64,000 bases of DNA. Source: Naegleria gruberi. Taxonomy: Eukaryota. The notes beneath the pieces were generated by a model. That model was not told where the DNA came from. It worked only from the letters and a program-made list of their open reading frames with translations, and made no database searches. Every line of letters starts with the position of its first letter. Positions within the stretch are counted from its first letter, which is position 1. A program made the position numbers and the translations under genes. The stretch lies in assembly GCA_000004985.1 (NCBI GenBank), contig GG738845.1; one strand, 5' to 3'. Shown piece by piece: positions 55,444 to 64,000 of this stretch.

Positions 55444-57058
55444 TTAATGGTGTTGCTGTATTGAGGCTTGAACCTTTTTTTGTAAATTTTGATAATAGTC
55501 ATCTATTCGTTCTAGTTTGGTATTTAATGAAGTAATAACTTCCATATCCTCCATCAGAATAATTGCTTTCTCGATATTAACAGAATTCCTCAAATAAATA
55601 GGTGCCAACCTAGCATGTTCAGAAATTGCGAGATCCACAAAAGGGACAGTAAATAAGGGGACATAAGGGAAAAAGGGAGTTTTAGCAGCCTTGGTGATAA
55701 TTGTAGATAAATTCCAAATCTCATCTATTTGAGTGTTGTCTATGGTTACCATAAGAGCAAGTTTCAACCCATTATGAAGAATGTCAATAAAAGTTGAAAT
55801 GAGTTGAACTACTGGATGTTGTGGATTATCGTGCTCAGGACATAGCTTTTTTTGAGTAAATGGCCTTAGAATTGCATCCAATACATTAAATACATCATTA
55901 ATTTTTGTCTTATCCATTGACATTTCCAAAAATCCCATATTCCTTATATCAAACCCCATACATGTCTTGATAACATTGGGAAAATTTTGTACAATACTTA
56001 TTGGTCCGTTCTTTTCAGCAGCCAGAAGAAACTCAAGACTTGCTCTGAGATTAATGTCCCACTTGACTAAATTTTTCATCTCAGGGGTGGATGGGTTATT
56101 TCTAGACTCGTACTCAATAACCTCACTTACAAAATATCTTACAATATCTAAATACATAGATTGTTCCTTATACTTCCTCCTTCCTTGGCAAACAAACGAC
56201 AAATTCAACAATGCCATACCAGCATATGTATTGGTAAAACAGTCCATGTAGGGTGCCAATAAAAGTTTTGCGTGCTGAAAACAAATTTCTGCATACTCTT
56301 TTGAACCTAGGCGCAGCTCTCTCCATGCTTGTAACGAAAATACAACAGCCTTAAAATCATTCCCAGCCTCATCCAAGTTCTCAATCAAATGCCCAAACAA
56401 ACCTTTTGGGATTATCTCATACATTCTTTAGAGAATTAGTTTTGAATATTTCAAAGATTACTTACTGGAGTGAATAAAACCCAAGAATGTTTTTCTTATT
56501 TGCGTGAATTGCATTAGATGTATCATTAATAGTTGGATTTTGAATAGAGACAACTGGGGGATCAGATATTGTTTTACCTCCATTCTTTCTTTCATATTCA
56601 CATTTAATTCCTCTCTTTGAGCAATTAGAGCAGGAAGGAAGATTTCTAGTGCATTTACGATGATTTCTTCTACAGTATTTGCATGAAATTGAACTGAATG
56701 TTTGCTCCTCAAATCTAATTTCCTTAACATATGGTTTGAAATGTAAATCCTTATTTTGACTATTTACACCCGAACCCGAACCATTACTATTACTTTCCTG
56801 TTGCTGATGAAGATTATTTTGATGACTTGTTGAGCAGTTTGGATTTGTATCTAAATGGCCAGTTGTGATGATGGGATGATGGTGCGCAAAAGACAAATCG
56901 CCACTACTAGTATTCGTCACGAATGTATTATGATGATGGATGTTATTGTTGCCATTATTCCCAACCACACTATGATTACCACTACTACTGGTCAATAACG
57001 ACAGAAAATCCAACAACCCAATGTTGTGCTGGCCGTTTTGATGTTGATGAGGAAACAT
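55444..57058 (-). CDS. Zn(II)2Cys6 binuclear-cluster (GAL4-type) transcription factor. Two exons, 57058 (or 57115)..56466 and 56425..55444.
   Basis: N-terminal exon: ..CKYCRRNHRKCTRNLPSCSNCSKRGIKCEY has C-x2-C-x6-C-x6-C-x2-C-x6-C spacing. A 40-nt GTAAGT..CTAAAG intron joins it in frame to ORF 55444..56424 (..GFYSL|Q|MYEIIPKG..). The N-terminus is His/Asn/Gln-rich. Three in-frame ATGs are possible (57115, 57094-ish, 57058), and the one at 57058 is in the best A-rich context. Confidence 0.55.
56426..56465 (-). other. Spliceosomal intron (Zn2Cys6 gene), 40 nt
   Basis: Minus-strand TTCACTCCA|GTAAGTAATCTTTGAAATATTCAAAACTAATTCTCTAAAG|AATGTATGAG. Phase 2. The upstream ORF stop TAA is inside the intron. 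Confidence 0.55.
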
Positions 57059-57956
57059 TTTTTTGTTGCTGAATAACAGTTCTTGAAAAAGCATCTGGCC
57101 ATACTTAAAATACATTCAAAAACCCCTAAACGAGATAAGGAACAACTCAAATTTTATCTCCTCCAATAAACTCGTAACAGGATTGGCCGTTTCAAATCTC
57201 ATCATTGAGGAGAAACTCGAATCCTAATTGATATTTAAGGTTTCAGCTTCATTACCTCATATCTGTGGTAAGGTTCTAGACGCATTTTTGCAATGCTCCC
57301 AAAAAACATGGAATGCTCCCAAAGCTGATTTACCTGTAGGGGTAATTGGATGTGCCAATAACACCGATTTCATTCCTTAAGCAAATTCACTCAACTTCAA
57401 CAAAGCATATCTCAATAACAACACCATATGTTAGAGAAACATGCCGAATTGTCATTATTCATTATGTTAACAATCATAATATCAAGTTTGTTACAGATTT
57501 GGCTCTTTACTTATCGAGAAAAGTGATTTCAAAATTTTCATATGTGGTAGTAAGACGAGCATGTTTTCTCGGTTAATACAAATAGTTTATATTCAAGAAA
57601 ACAGTATCTTGTAGAATACATCAATTAGAACATGAATAATAAAAAATATTTCTATTTCACTAAGTATTAAATTAAATATTTCCTTTTTTGTAAGGAGCAT
57701 GGGAAACTTTTCCACAGATATCAAAAGGGTTATCCAATTTGAAGGGTAGATATATTTTAACTCCAGGAACAAATAGTAATAATCATGAAGATTTATCAAA
57801 CAGTCCATCGCAAATCCTTAAATATTGAATCCATATTTTAAAGAAAAGAATTAATGATTGAATGTTTTTGTTTAACCTAAAATAATAATATCAGGTAAGA
57901 ATTATCATTTATAGAATTATATGGTGATATTGAACTTTTTTAGTGGTATGTGTTAT

Positions 57957-58375
57957 TTATAGTAATAAATTGCAGTAAGCGTTAAGCTTATGTTGGATCA
58001 TTTGTTGGTTCCTTAATCAAATATGTGAAAATTCTAACAATTTTTATATGATTTGTGTGTTTATTTAATTTTTTAAATTTAAAGCACTGCTATGCAGAGA
58101 ATTAGTTGTCAAGTTTTCAGATATTTCAGTATTTCAGATTTGTTTTTATGGTTTTTTAAGGTTTTTTGAATTGATTAGATGGTTTTTTGGGCTAGTAGTT
58201 GCAACTATTAGAAGTATTAGAGTTTATATATTATACAAAAATTGATTAATGATATCCTCAATCATTATTTATTATTATTATTATTCTTACGAATTAATCT
58301 ACACGCGTGTAATAGAATAAACTCAGTATTTCAGAAACGACACTTTATTTTGTTATTGATAAACCTTTTAACTAA
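57957..58375 (+). repeat. Repeat block set A, order X (about 57957-57995), Y (about 58108-58165), Z (about 58311-58375)
   Basis: X is TAAATTGCAGTAAGCGTTAAGCTTATGTTGG. Y is AGAGAATTAGTTGTCAAGTTTTCAGATATTTCAG(TATTTCAG)ATTTGTTTTTATGGTTTTTTAAG. Z is CGTGTAATAGAATAAACTCAGTATTTCAGAAACGACACTTTATTTTGTT. Each recurs about 0.55-1.2 kb downstream at 85-95% identity. Confidence 0.6.
58262..58287. repeat. (TTA)n microsatellite (tttattattattattattattc)
   Basis: Directly visible trinucleotide run at about 58264-58285 inside the long intergenic region. Confidence 0.6.
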
Positions 58376-58865
58376 TTTCCATGAATAATTGAACAAAATT
58401 ATTAATTGAAACCTGGTAAACCATAGGAATTGATTAGCTTTTTGGAAATGTGTTTAAGTTAAAATTACCAACAAAAAATACATTCAAATCACTTTACGAA
58501 TATTTATTGACCCTACTGTAATGAACAGTTTTTCGATTTAATTTTAGGTTAATTTTTTAATGGGACTTGGATTTGGATTAAAAGGTTGTGTTTTTAAGAA
58601 AAAAGTAAAATCCTAACTATAGTTTGGTTATTTATTGGATGAAAAAGTTGGAAGCATTAACTAAACAATCCCAGAACCAAAAAAGAAATGCTGAAATTGA
58701 AAAGGATAAACAAACTTCTCAAATCAACCAACTCGTAAAACAATGAAAGAAAGAAGAAGTCAATATAGAAAATCAAGATTTGAATTAAAAATCTAACACA
58801 ATTTAATTGAAACAACTTTAAGAATAAAAGAGAACCTATTAAAAATCGAGAGTATCATAAAATTC

Positions 58866-59225
58866 GTGTAGTAAAACTCAGTATTTCAGAAACGACTTTT
58901 TATTTTGTTGATTTGATAAACTAAGCAATGCTATTAAAGTAATTGCTTTAGATAAAAATTATTGATCTATTATAAAGTAATGTTTCTTAAAAAACACTTA
59001 CCACAACATTGGAACAAATTAAAAAGGGAATAAGAGAATTAGTTGTAAAGTTTTTCAGATATTTCAGATTTGGTTTTATGGTTTTTTAGGGTACTTGATT
59101 TCAACAATCCACATACATTCAAAGCTACATATTTACTCTATTTTGTTTTTTCTTTAATTCACAAAGAATCATCTACCGTTTTTGTATTAAATTGCAGTAA
59201 GAGTTAAGCTTATGTAGGTTTATTA
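58866..59225 (+). repeat. Repeat block set B, order Z (about 58866-58925), Y (about 59034-59095), X (about 59188-59225). Same orientation as set A but mirrored order.
   Basis: Z' is CGTGTAGTAAAACTCAGTATTTCAGAAACGACTTTTTATTTTGTT. Y' is AGAGAATTAGTTGTAAAGTTTTTCAGATATTTCAGATTTGGTTTTATGGTTTTTTAGG. X' is TAAATTGCAGTAAGAGTTAAGCTTATGTAGG. Confidence 0.6.
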
Positions 59226-59527
59226 GATTTACTTAACTAAATGCTTTTCCAAAAAATCCACCAATTCCTTAAGAGATCCTAGGTTTTTGAATGTTGGAAC
59301 ATTATGAGTTAATAAATTTGCATAAATAAAACAAAGATTATTAAAGGAATTGTAAACGATTTGTTTGTTTTATGAAATGAAGATTAAAACGTATGCAAAA
59401 ATTCCAAGCCAAAAATAATGCTTGGCGGTTTGAAACTTCTTTCATCACAAAAAAAATAGATCAATATTCGTTTGATGTCTAATACACCATCATCAAGACT
59501 TTATTTTCTAACCGATAGATTTGAAAA

Positions 59528-60397
59528 ATGTTCAAACGTTTTGTAAATAATCAGGCCCTACTCAATGGTCTGAAGCACATTAAACGATCCGACAATAATG
59601 AACAACAACAAATTGTTGTTGCCGGAAACCAAACAACTGGTCTTATTGTGCCAATAGGTGCAACATCAAACAAAATTGGTATTGAATTGCAAGAGTTTTG
59701 CAACACACTAGTGCCAACAGATTCGGCAATATTCAAAATTGCTAAACAGATTTGTGCAGAACAGGGAAATAGAATCAAGGAAATTGCTCACGAAGTGTTG
59801 AAAGATTCCGGTTTAGGTACTAATATCAACAACAGTAATATCAATAGTAGTAACACTAAGAATAGTAGTAATGTCAAAATATCGTCTACTCCTTCTTTAA
59901 CTCACAATAGTCAGCCTACTGTCATCATCTCCGAACAACAAGTTGAAACCAAAACTCCCACACAACCAATTGTAAAAAAGCATGGCAAATTCTATGGAAC
60001 CAACAAAATATTCCTATTAGATGAAGAAGAAATTGTAAATATTAGCAGTATTCCAACCTCAAACACCACTCCTATCATTGGTAACTTTGAAACAAATGAT
60101 GGTGACATACATTCTACCCAATCTTCGCAATCTTTGAATCTGGACATTGTAAAACGACTTCTCTCGGATATATTTGGTAAATTGAAATACTTGGCAATGG
60201 TACTTTTGAATAGTTTGTTTGGAAATAGACAAAATGTTCAACCTGATGCAGCAACAACGCAAGTAGCTGCACAATCATTGGTGTTGGTGATATCATTCAT
60301 GATTTACAATATTGTAGCAGAAAGTTCTTCTGCCGATTTGCATCAAGATATCTTACTTGTTTTCCAAGAGTACCTGTCCAATCACTTGAACAATTAA
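59528..60397 (+). CDS. Uncharacterised 289-aa protein
   Basis: ATG start. Asn/Ser-rich middle and a hydrophobic C-terminal segment. No family recognised. Confidence 0.35.
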   Translation: MFKRFVNNQALLNGLKHIKRSDNNEQQQIVVAGNQTTGLIVPIGATSNKIGIELQEFCNTLVPTDSAIFKIAKQICAEQGNRIKEIAHEVLKDSGLGTNINNSNINSSNTKNSSNVKISSTPSLTHNSQPTVIISEQQVETKTPTQPIVKKHGKFYGTNKIFLLDEEEIVNISSIPTSNTTPIIGNFETNDGDIHSTQSSQSLNLDIVKRLLSDIFGKLKYLAMVLLNSLFGNRQNVQPDAATTQVAAQSLVLVISFMIYNIVAESSSADLHQDILLVFQEYLSNHLNN

Positions 60398-60523
60398 CTG
60401 TAGAACTTGTAAAAGTTTAGTTTGGACACAACTTTGAAAGTATTGTACCTCATAAGAGTGAACTAAATCGGGTTTTTGGAATTAGTCACTTTGGCGTGTT
60501 GCAACAATAAATTAGTTTATAGT

Positions 60524-61647
60524 CTAAGTCAAATCAGTTGGATCAAAAGCATCATCGGCATTATCTTCTTCAACAGGTTGCTGCTCATCGCCTGAATCTG
60601 AGTCTTCTTCTGAATTTTCATCATGACTCAAAAGACTCTTCTTTTTAGCATCTACTGGTTTTGGTTGTCTTGGTTTTCTGGTTTGGGAAGATAATTCAAT
60701 TCCTCCAGAGAGTGTTAATTTTGACACCATCTTGTAAACTGTTGCTTCCAAGTATTTGAGGTGATGATTTTGCTTAGCAGTTTCCAAAGCAGTACTATCC
60801 ATCCTCTCGAATGCATCCAAAAAGTCTTCACTGATATCGCTCTCCTTTGATGTTCCATAAGAATTGTGTTCTGATTGGAACTTTTTATGATACTCATCAG
60901 CTCTTACGTAATCGTCCATTTTAAGGCAAATGAGGATAATTGATGTACAGGTTTTGTTGACATTATCATGTTGTGTGAGGGCCTTGTATCCAACAATCAT
61001 TTCCAAACAATTTGAAATTGCCTCTTCCCATTGAGAATTTCTGATCAAAAAGTCATTGTAGCCTCTATACGTCGACATGGCATTATGATATGTTCCTCCC
61101 ATAGATAAGCTTTCAACAGCACTCTTGTAAAGCTCGATAGCTTGTGGGATATTTCCGTTATCTGCTAACATTTTAGCTGCCTTGGTGAGGGCCTCTCCAG
61201 CTCTATTACCCTTACCATCATCCAAATAAGAATTTGATGCTTTAGTGTACAATTCAACTGCCATACCGAAATCTTTAGTGTCTTTACAAATATTTGCTGC
61301 ATTCTCAAAACCTTGTCCTGATTTGTAGTATCTGTTTTAGATTTTGGTCGATTAATAGCAGTCAAATTACAACATCAATAAGAATGAATAACTTACATTC
61401 CACACTTGTAGAAACAATCACCACAATTTGTATAACAAGAAATGGCTTTTGCTGGCTGTTTCAAAGCCTTGAAAATTGCTGCTGCTTTTTCATAGGCAGC
61501 ACCTGCGGAATCATAATCAGGTTTCCATCTAGTCAAACTTCTAGAGGCACTGCAATTGCAATAATTATCCAACTGTTAATATAGGAAAATAACTTACTAT
61601 TTTTTAGCTTCCTTTTCCAACTCTAAGGCTTCCTTCTCCTTACTCAT
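60524..61647 (-). CDS. Gamma-soluble NSF attachment protein (gamma-SNAP). Three exons, 61647..61598, 61549..61397 and 61331..60524.
   Basis: The spliced N-terminus MSKEKEALELEKEAKK|YASRSLTRWKPDYDSAGAAYEKAAAIFKALKQPAKAISCY..CG|IYYKSGQGFENAANICKDTKDFGMAVELYTKASNSYLDDGKGNRAGEALTKAAK.. parallels human gamma-SNAP MAAQKINEGLEHLAKAEKYLKTGFLKWKPDYDSAASEYGKAAVAFKNAKQFEQAKDACL.. Only the last exon is in the ORF track. Confidence 0.65.
61332..61396 (-). other. Spliceosomal intron 2 (gamma-SNAP), 65 nt
   Basis: Minus-strand AAGTGTGGAAT|GTAAGTTATTCATTCTTATTGATG...CCAAAATCTAAAACAG|ATACTACAAATCAGG. Phase 2. It joins in frame to ORF 60524..61264. Confidence 0.6.
61550..61597 (-). other. Spliceosomal intron 1 (gamma-SNAP), 48 nt
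   Basis: Minus-strand GCTAAAAAATA|GTAAGTTATTTTCCTATATTAACAGTTGGATAATTATTGCAATTGCAG|TGCCTCTAGAAG. Phase 2. The alternative 25-nt TTAACAG acceptor gives the wrong frame. Confidence 0.55.
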
Positions 61648-62511
61648 TTCTAATTGGGATTTTAAAGAATTTCTCGCAACACGTTTTCTAAGGTGAGGTA
61701 ATTTTTTAAACTCCTTTCTAGAGAGGTTATTGTTATCTACCCCTACGGAATGTTGTATTTTTTTACTCTCATCCTCACTGCTATTGTAGGGTGAGGAACT
61801 TGGACTGTTTCTTTCGTCTGCATGTTTCCTTGTTGGAGAGGAGCCGTTTAGCTTATGCTCGTCATCACTAGAAATATTAAGGTTCTGTTTTTCTTCATCT
61901 GAAGATTGGTCAGAAGAACTAGAGGATTCAAAATGGAGAAGACTAATTGTGTCTGAAATTGGTTTGGATTTGTTGGTAGCACCACTAAAAGGACAAAAAG
62001 AGAGCGACGATGATGGTGTAGAATCAATAGATGAATCAACCTCACTGGATAATAATTGTCTCCTCTTTTCTTCGTCATGCTGCTTCTCCTTCATTGCATT
62101 ATAGACATTGAGTGTTTTTGCCAACTCTGTCGCATCCATGGAATTTGAACGTTTCCTAGTGTATTGATGAATGTTTGAAATGTACTTGTTGGTTGGAGAG
62201 AATGAAGAGGAGAGCTTTGGTACTGGTGTTGATGTTTTCAAACTACTGGTTCTCGAACTTCTCCTAGGGGTTTGTAAATAGGGATGAAGTGGTGTTGGTT
62301 CAATATTAACAATATCCTCATCCTCATGTTCTTCCGTCTTTTTAGATGATGGTAACTGTTTACTAGATTTTGGTGACGTTGAAGGAGGAGTGAATATTTT
62401 GCTTGTTTTGAGGGATGAAGGCTTTTCCTTACTTTTGTTGGAGAGCTCATCCTCACAAGATGTATTAAGCGAGGAGGAGGACTTTGTACTTCTCAACGAA
62501 AAGAAGGGCAT
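61648..62511 (-). CDS. Ser/Pro/Lys-rich 288-codon ORF that reads without a stop into gamma-SNAP exon 1. Either an N-terminal extension of gamma-SNAP or a separate gene whose 3' end is unresolved.
   Basis: ORF-track 61597..62517 (its stop TAG is the gamma-SNAP intron-1 donor region). The first in-frame ATG is at 62511. Such a long open frame in about 67% AT DNA is unlikely by chance. Confidence 0.3.
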
Positions 62512-62994
62512 TACCAAATACTAGAACTAGAGGTTTTTCTTTTGTGCTGAGGCGAAAATAACAACAACACAAAACATGCAAACAATGGCTGCGAGGATTG
62601 GGAATAAGGAGTTTCGCTTCCTTATCCACAATCCAAAGATGCTTTTGTTGGTGGAGGGTTCATTTAACTTTTTTGCTGTAATGTTTTCCATTCATGGTTT
62701 GTTGTAGCTAAAATAAGTGAGGTTTGGAAGGATCTAAAAGCTATTTTTTACTCCTTTTTGGCTTAACAAAATAGAGAAATACATTATGTGAAATATTAGA
62801 AATGTATTAATAATTATGAAATATCATGAAGTAGTACGGGTAGAAAATGAAATTTATTGAGGCTTATTTTGATCATGACTTTGATTCACACAAAGTTAAC
62901 GTTAAAAAAAAGAACCAAAGTTGTTTTCCGAACATCAGAATCCTTTCCACAACAAATACAACTCCCATCTTCATCACGCTTGTTGTTGTTCGGA

Positions 62995-64000
62995 ATGAGA
63001 TTTACAAAGAGAGACCTCTCGAGACTCCTCTTCAAGAATGTTTCTCCTCTCAAATTACTGCTGCATGGTATTTGTATTGGAATTTGTTTATTGCCTGCTC
63101 TTGCAACGTTGATTGTAGGCTTGATTGTTTTTGTTACTTCTCCGAGTGATAATATTACAACTCCAACACAATGTACAATTTTATCGAAACTACAATGTGT
63201 CACCACCTCGGCTACATCCACAACAACACCACAACAAACAAGTGCAACATTCACCAGTTCTTCGTCTAATTCTGTTCGTCATCATCAATCAACAATAGTA
63301 AATTCTCAGAAACTCATCAATGAGAAGAGTTCTCCTATTGAATGTACTTATACAGTCTCTTTCACCATTATTCCTTCACAAAGTGGACAACAAATCATTC
63401 ATGCAAGTACGATTCCCTTCCCTAAAGTATCAACGCACTCCAATTACACACTCAATCAACAGGTTTCTTGCTTTTATGATGAGAGTAATCCAAAGAATGT
63501 TTCATTTGACAAGACCAATCTTGTACATTTTTACACCATTGTTGGTTTGGGTGTGATTGGTGTGGGTGGTTGTTTGCTTTTTCTTGTCCTTGTTTCCATG
63601 ACCATCTTCTTTACCAATTTGTGTAGATTCTGTGTTGGACATTCACAAATGAGGAGTCAAAGAAAGAGGAGACTGAGAAGGAATTTATTGAGTATTCTAA
63701 TTCCGAGATCATCTAACAAGAGTTCTGCCATCAATACTGAGGATGACTATGAAGACGATTATCAAACAGATTCGAGTGTAGAGAGGGCATTGGATTCCTC
63801 TTCCACCACGAGAGGAATTTTACAATATGGAGCTATGGGAAATAGGGATGAAGGAAATGGATATTATTATTCAAATGCCAATAAGAAACATGCTAGATTC
63901 AATGTTGCAAGTTCTGGTTCTTCAAATGGAAGTGGTATTAGTGGCAATAATTCATTCCTTGTTCATGTGACAAGTAGTACAAGAGTGAAGAAGAACAAGA
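62995..64000 (+). CDS. Partial (3'-truncated) membrane protein with an N-terminal signal-anchor, a Cys/Ser/Thr-rich ectodomain, a second transmembrane segment and a basic cytoplasmic tail
   Basis: Hand translation in frame +1 is open from 62851 to the window end. It is not in the ORF track because it is partial. Candidate ATGs are at 62875 and 62995 (MRFTKRDLSRLLFKNVSPLKLLLHGICIGICLLPALATLIVGLIVFVTSP...). A second transmembrane segment FYTIVGLGVIGVGGCLLFLVLVSMTIFF is followed by RSQRKRRLRRN. Confidence 0.4.
   Translation, partial: MRFTKRDLSRLLFKNVSPLKLLLHGICIGICLLPALATLIVGLIVFVTSPSDNITTPTQCTILSKLQCVTTSATSTTTPQQTSATFTSSSSNSVRHHQSTIVNSQKLINEKSSPIECTYTVSFTIIPSQSGQQIIHASTIPFPKVSTHSNYTLNQQVSCFYDESNPKNVSFDKTNLVHFYTIVGLGVIGVGGCLLFLVLVSMTIFFTNLCRFCVGHSQMRSQRKRRLRRNLLSILIPRSSNKSSAINTEDDYEDDYQTDSSVERALDSSSTTRGILQYGAMGNRDEGNGYYYSNANKKHARFNVASSGSSNGSGISGNNSFLVHVTSSTRVKKNK

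Larger units (their letters stand above)
57116..59527. promoter_or_regulatory. Unusually long (2.4 kb), very AT-rich, ORF-free divergent intergenic region between the Zn2Cys6 gene and the gene at 59528, containing dispersed short repeat blocks
   Basis: No ORF of 60 aa or more exists between 57808 and 59528 in any frame, whereas typical intergenic spacers here are 50-600 bp. Confidence 0.5.

Noticed and set aside
57346-57808. ORF-track ORFs 57346..57576 (+) and 57593..57808 (-) in the long intergenic region
   Set aside because: They are short and low-complexity, with no recognisable motifs and no A-rich start context. They are more likely chance ORFs in the AT-rich spacer than genes, and are left unannotated.
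61573-61597. 25-nt intron using the TTAACAG acceptor in gamma-SNAP
   Set aside because: It gives the wrong reading frame (an immediate stop) and would be implausibly short. The 48-nt intron ending ..TTGCAG restores the WKPDYDS frame.
21367-62517. Several ORF-track 'Met' starts (for example 21367, 12144, 47592, 62517, 23226, 54941)
   Set aside because: Inspection shows these are TTG or GTG codons, not ATG. CDS starts were moved to the first in-frame ATG or explained as internal exons.
62847-63254. ORF-track ORFs 62847..63149 (+), 62886..63254 (-) and 63320..63556 (+)
   Set aside because: A different plus-strand frame is open from about 62851 to the window end and encodes a coherent two-transmembrane protein. 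The listed short ORFs overlap it out of frame and look non-protein-like (Cys/Trp-rich junk).
1-64000. First impression that this is a Saccharomycotina (budding yeast) chromosome segment
   Set aside because: It was suggested by GTATGT introns, A-rich start contexts and AGA/TTG/CCA codon bias. I rejected it because the window encodes UFM1, a CFAP299 axonemal protein and SBP2, none of which fit a typical yeast.
1-64000. tRNA, rRNA, snRNA, CRISPR and transposon search
   Set aside because: I found no B-box-like GGTTCGAATCC-type motifs, no U1/U2/U6 or 5S hallmark strings, no regularly spaced direct repeats, and no transposase-, integrase- or reverse-transcriptase-like ORFs. I therefore make no such calls.

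Overview
This is a 64-kb, AT-rich (about two-thirds A+T), gene-dense eukaryotic nuclear window with roughly 45 protein-coding genes on both strands. The genetic code is standard, start codons sit in A-rich contexts, and I found no rRNA, tRNA, CRISPR or obvious mobile element. Many ORF-track 'M' starts are non-ATG (TTG or GTG), so I re-anchored CDS starts on in-frame ATGs; all coordinates are hand-counted and may be off by a few nucleotides. By eye I mapped 14 very small GT-AG introns (38-90 nt) with donors GTATGT, GTAAGT, GTACGT or GTAAGA. Several ORF-track fragments merge into single genes (SLY1, a FAR-GNPAT fusion, a PEX1/PEX6-family AAA ATPase (Pex6-like), EMC5, a Zn2Cys6 factor, gamma-SNAP, an M48 protease, ATM1, a DHHC protein, a kinesin-MORN protein, UFM1). 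Confidently recognised products are HMG-CoA synthase (partial), SECIS-binding protein 2, UFM1, CFAP299, HUS1, FCP1, SEC11, GWT1/PIG-W, IMP1/IMP2-type peptidase, an ATM1-like ABC transporter, LAS1, SLY1, gamma-SNAP, EMC5/MMGT1, a DHHC palmitoyltransferase and a twin-Cx9C protein. My first impression was a budding yeast. UFM1, an axonemal protein (CFAP299) and SBP2 argue against that and for a flagellated, mitochondriate, selenoprotein-using protist with few introns. A heterolobosean such as Naegleria is a hedged guess, and an amoebozoan or early-branching fungus-like lineage cannot be excluded. The main things worth a second look are listed in the findings below.
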